Made by a program: the position numbers and the translations under genes. From Fibrobacterales bacterium (GTDB lineage: Bacteria; Fibrobacterota; Fibrobacteria; Fibrobacterales; JAOPTW01), in contig JAOPTX010000047.1 of assembly GCA_051532055.1 (NCBI GenBank), positions 32,907-96,906 of the forward strand: a stretch of DNA of 64,000 nucleotides. The letters are read 5' to 3'. Below the pieces are notes generated by a model, which was given only the letters and a program-made list of their open reading frames with translations, made no database searches and was not told the origin of the DNA. Shown piece by piece: positions 61,195-64,000 of this stretch (the first letter of the stretch is position 1; each line of letters opens with the position of its first letter).

Positions 61195-63971
61195 ATATAC
61201 TAGGTGATAGAATCCGAGGGTTAATCAGTATTCTTTTTATGGTGACAATGAGTGCGCACTTGTCATGGGCAGGGGTGGTCTCACCAAGCCCAATGCAGTG
61301 GCATAAAACAACCGTGACTTTTCAAGGACCGAGCGTTTCAGAGTCAGGTACTGTGAATCCCTTTCGTGACTATCGTCTTGATGTAACGTTTACGGGACCT
61401 TCTCAACAAGAGTATGTGGTTCCCGGTTTTTATGCTGCTGATGGTGATGCGGGGAAGAGTGGTGCACAATCTGGTGCAGTTTGGCAGGTACGTTTTACAC
61501 CAGACGAACCCGGTGAGTGGACCTATGGGGTAACTTTTTTAAAGGGCTCGGATGTTGCTCTAGGAAAGGCAGGTACCTCTGGCAAATTTTTTGATAATGA
61601 GACCGGTACTTTTTCTGTCGCTATTACTGATAAAAAAAGTGGTGGTGTTGACTTTAGGGGCAAAGGAAAGCTGGTGTATACGGGTGATCATCATCTCACG
61701 TTTGCTGGGAGTAATGCCCCTTTTATGAAGGCGGGAGCCAATAGCCCTGAGGTGTTTTTGGAATTTAAGGACTTTGATAATACCTCAAGTACTCGAGAAT
61801 ATGCCGGGCATGTCAAGGATTGGAATACGGGAGACCCTACTTGGGGTAACGGTAAGGGCAAAGGAATCATTGGGGCCGTTAATTATCTCTCTTCACTCGG
61901 GGTTAATGCACTCTATTTTTTGACGATGAATCATGAAGGTGATGGGGGAAATGCATGGCCGTGGATTGGGACCAATAAACTCGATCGCTACGACTGCTCT
62001 AAGTTAGCACAGTGGGATATGGTGTTTGAGCATATGGACCGCATGGGTCTTATGATACATTTTGTACTCACCGAAACTGAGAATGAAGCATTCTTTGAAA
62101 TAGAAGAGAGTGGCGATCGGTCAGGATTTGCAGACCTCCGTAAGCTCTACTATCGAGAAATGGTGGCTCGCTTTGGCTATCACTTGGCTATTACGTGGAA
62201 CGTGGGTGAAGAAAACGGTTGGGATGAAGGGAGTGGCTACCACCAAGCGAATAGTGATTCTCAAAGAAAACAGTTTTCAACCTACCTGAGAGGTCTTACC
62301 TATTACAATGATCATATTGTGGTACATAATGGACCCTCAACTGATGATCATATATTGCCACCACTCTATGGACACAGTGCCTTTACTGGGCCGTCACTCC
62401 AATGGAATTATGATGCGGATATCCATGCTGAGACCCTTAAGCTGCGCAACGGCTCCATAGCAGCAGGGCATCCATGGGTGGTCAGTATCGATGAACCATG
62501 GACGAGTCCAGTCAAAAACGACCTGACGACATGGAGAAAGGGAATTGTTTGGGGCAACATCATGGCAGGTGGTGCGGGGGCAGAGCTCTACATAGGTGGT
62601 GGCGTTGATATTACTGAACAAAATTATCGTAATTACGAAGAGTACTATACTATTGCCTCTATTGCCGCACAGTTTATGATGGATCATGTTGGCTTTGATG
62701 GTATGAAACCTGGTGATTCGTTTATTAACAATGGTTGGGCCCTAAAGAATAAGGGGCAGGAATACCTACTCTATTTACCTAATGGTGGCTCTCCTTCGGT
62801 AACACTACCTGTAGGTACTTATACGATACGGTGGTTTAATCCACGGACCGGAGGGGCTTTACAAAAGGGTTCGAAAACTCAAATAGCGGGGGGGAGTGCA
62901 CAGTCCATTGGTACTGCACCTGCAACAACTGGCCAAGATTGGGTGGTGCGTATTAGATTGAAGGCGACCCCTGAAATGAGTTCTTCTGAGTCAACTGAAT
63001 CTTCCGAAACAGGACTCGTTTCGAATGGTGCCTATAAGGAAGAAGGAGGGCTCGTAGTGATCGAGGCAGAGTCTGCTGAACTCACAGGTAAGTGGCAACA
63101 AGGTTCTACGTTAAAAGGGTATACGGGAGAGGGGTATATTGTGTATCGCACCGATGCAACGAACTTTGATCCCAGCCTAGAAAGTGCGAGTATTACATAT
63201 CACTTTTATATTAGTACCCCTGGAGAGTATCGTATAAAAATCAGAAACTATATTCCTAATGATGATATGACCGAAATGAACGATATGTTTTTGAAGGTTG
63301 ATGGTAACACGAGCTGGAAGTCATTCTCACATACTACTTGGGATTGGAACTGGGAGTTCATGCATGATGATGGCGATGAGAACTTTTTTGAACCCGATTA
63401 CTCTTTTACTGAGGGAGAACATCAGCTGACGATTATCGGACGTTCAGATGGTTTTGCTCTGGATAGAATTCAAATATATCAGACTGATAGCTATACGCCC
63501 CAAGAGGACCTACCGGTGTCATTACGAGTAGATGCAGAAGAAACGAATGTGAGCAGTAGTGATACTAATGAAAATGGTGTGTCATCGAGCAGTGTTGACA
63601 CTACAGAAAATACTATGTCATCAAGTAGTGTTGAAACTGATCCTACTGTGTCATCGAGTATTATTGAGAATTTTGTAAGTTCATCAGATACATTTGATGA
63701 AAATGGTGGAGAGAGCACGGCCGATATACAAGAGATAACCGCATCGTCCATAACTGATTGGCTCTCAGGAAGAACTTATTTAACCAATAGTATAGCGACG
63801 TTGAGAATTGTGGATGTTACAGGGAAAGTACAGGGTGGGAGTGCCACTACAGAAAATGTACTTTCTGAATCTGCCTCAAGGCGATTAGCCTCACTCTCTC
63901 CAGGTATCTACTTTATACAGGTAACCACCCATAAAGGGGCTGTTGTGTTGCTGCCTTACTCTCACCATTAA
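61191..63971 (+). CDS. Secreted DUF5060/apiosidase-like hydrolase with CBM-like domain, Ser-rich linker and T9SS-like tail
   Basis: Paralog of 28562-30391; extra VVIEAE..GYTGEGY domain; tail LRIVDVTGK...LSPGIYFIQV. Confidence 0.82.
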   Translation: MNILGDRIRGLISILFMVTMSAHLSWAGVVSPSPMQWHKTTVTFQGPSVSESGTVNPFRDYRLDVTFTGPSQQEYVVPGFYAADGDAGKSGAQSGAVWQVRFTPDEPGEWTYGVTFLKGSDVALGKAGTSGKFFDNETGTFSVAITDKKSGGVDFRGKGKLVYTGDHHLTFAGSNAPFMKAGANSPEVFLEFKDFDNTSSTREYAGHVKDWNTGDPTWGNGKGKGIIGAVNYLSSLGVNALYFLTMNHEGDGGNAWPWIGTNKLDRYDCSKLAQWDMVFEHMDRMGLMIHFVLTETENEAFFEIEESGDRSGFADLRKLYYREMVARFGYHLAITWNVGEENGWDEGSGYHQANSDSQRKQFSTYLRGLTYYNDHIVVHNGPSTDDHILPPLYGHSAFTGPSLQWNYDADIHAETLKLRNGSIAAGHPWVVSIDEPWTSPVKNDLTTWRKGIVWGNIMAGGAGAELYIGGGVDITEQNYRNYEEYYTIASIAAQFMMDHVGFDGMKPGDSFINNGWALKNKGQEYLLYLPNGGSPSVTLPVGTYTIRWFNPRTGGALQKGSKTQIAGGSAQSIGTAPATTGQDWVVRIRLKATPEMSSSESTESSETGLVSNGAYKEEGGLVVIEAESAELTGKWQQGSTLKGYTGEGYIVYRTDATNFDPSLESASITYHFYISTPGEYRIKIRNYIPNDDMTEMNDMFLKVDGNTSWKSFSHTTWDWNWEFMHDDGDENFFEPDYSFTEGEHQLTIIGRSDGFALDRIQIYQTDSYTPQEDLPVSLRVDAEETNVSSSDTNENGVSSSSVDTTENTMSSSSVETDPTVSSSIIENFVSSSDTFDENGGESTADIQEITASSITDWLSGRTYLTNSIATLRIVDVTGKVQGGSATTENVLSESASRRLASLSPGIYFIQVTTHKGAVVLLPYSHH

Positions 63972-64000
63972 GTACCCATTTGTAGGACTTGATTTAGATT

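Overview
AT-rich bacterial chromosomal segment, most likely from a Fibrobacterota-like organism. This is inferred from a FISUMP/Fib_succ_major-type domain, a TIGR02147-type protein, and many Ser-rich-linker secreted proteins with T9SS-like C-terminal tails. The left end is housekeeping (HPr, mutS, scpB, OmpH/Skp). It is followed by two-component/c-di-GMP genes, a CPA2 antiporter, an orphan flgB with tandem sigma28 and sigma54 promoters, and a sigma54 activator next to two divergent sigma54 promoters sharing a TGCGACA cluster. The rest holds many secreted or lipoprotein genes (two DUF5060 paralogs, a GH63-like enzyme, a CBM9-like protein, two CotH kinases) and an RR-MCP-CheW-kinase cluster. The most notable non-annotated structures are: (1) an integrase-less, integron-like array of three cassettes at about 32.36-37.16 kb (KAP NTPase, split HEPN RNase, FGE-sulfatase lipoprotein), with attC-like hairpins and unusually long inverted repeats bracketing two of the cassettes; (2) an array of about 17 degenerate 21-nt units with 63-nt higher-order period upstream of an uncharacterised helical protein; (3) four perfect intergenic TGTGA-N6-TCACA boxes, two inside a duplicated ~80-bp promoter module; (4) a G-U-rich structured leader before a DUF5060 gene; (5) a perfect 17-bp hairpin burying an araC start codon. 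I recognised no rRNA, tRNA, CRISPR array or transposase. All family calls come from motif recognition by eye, not database searches.
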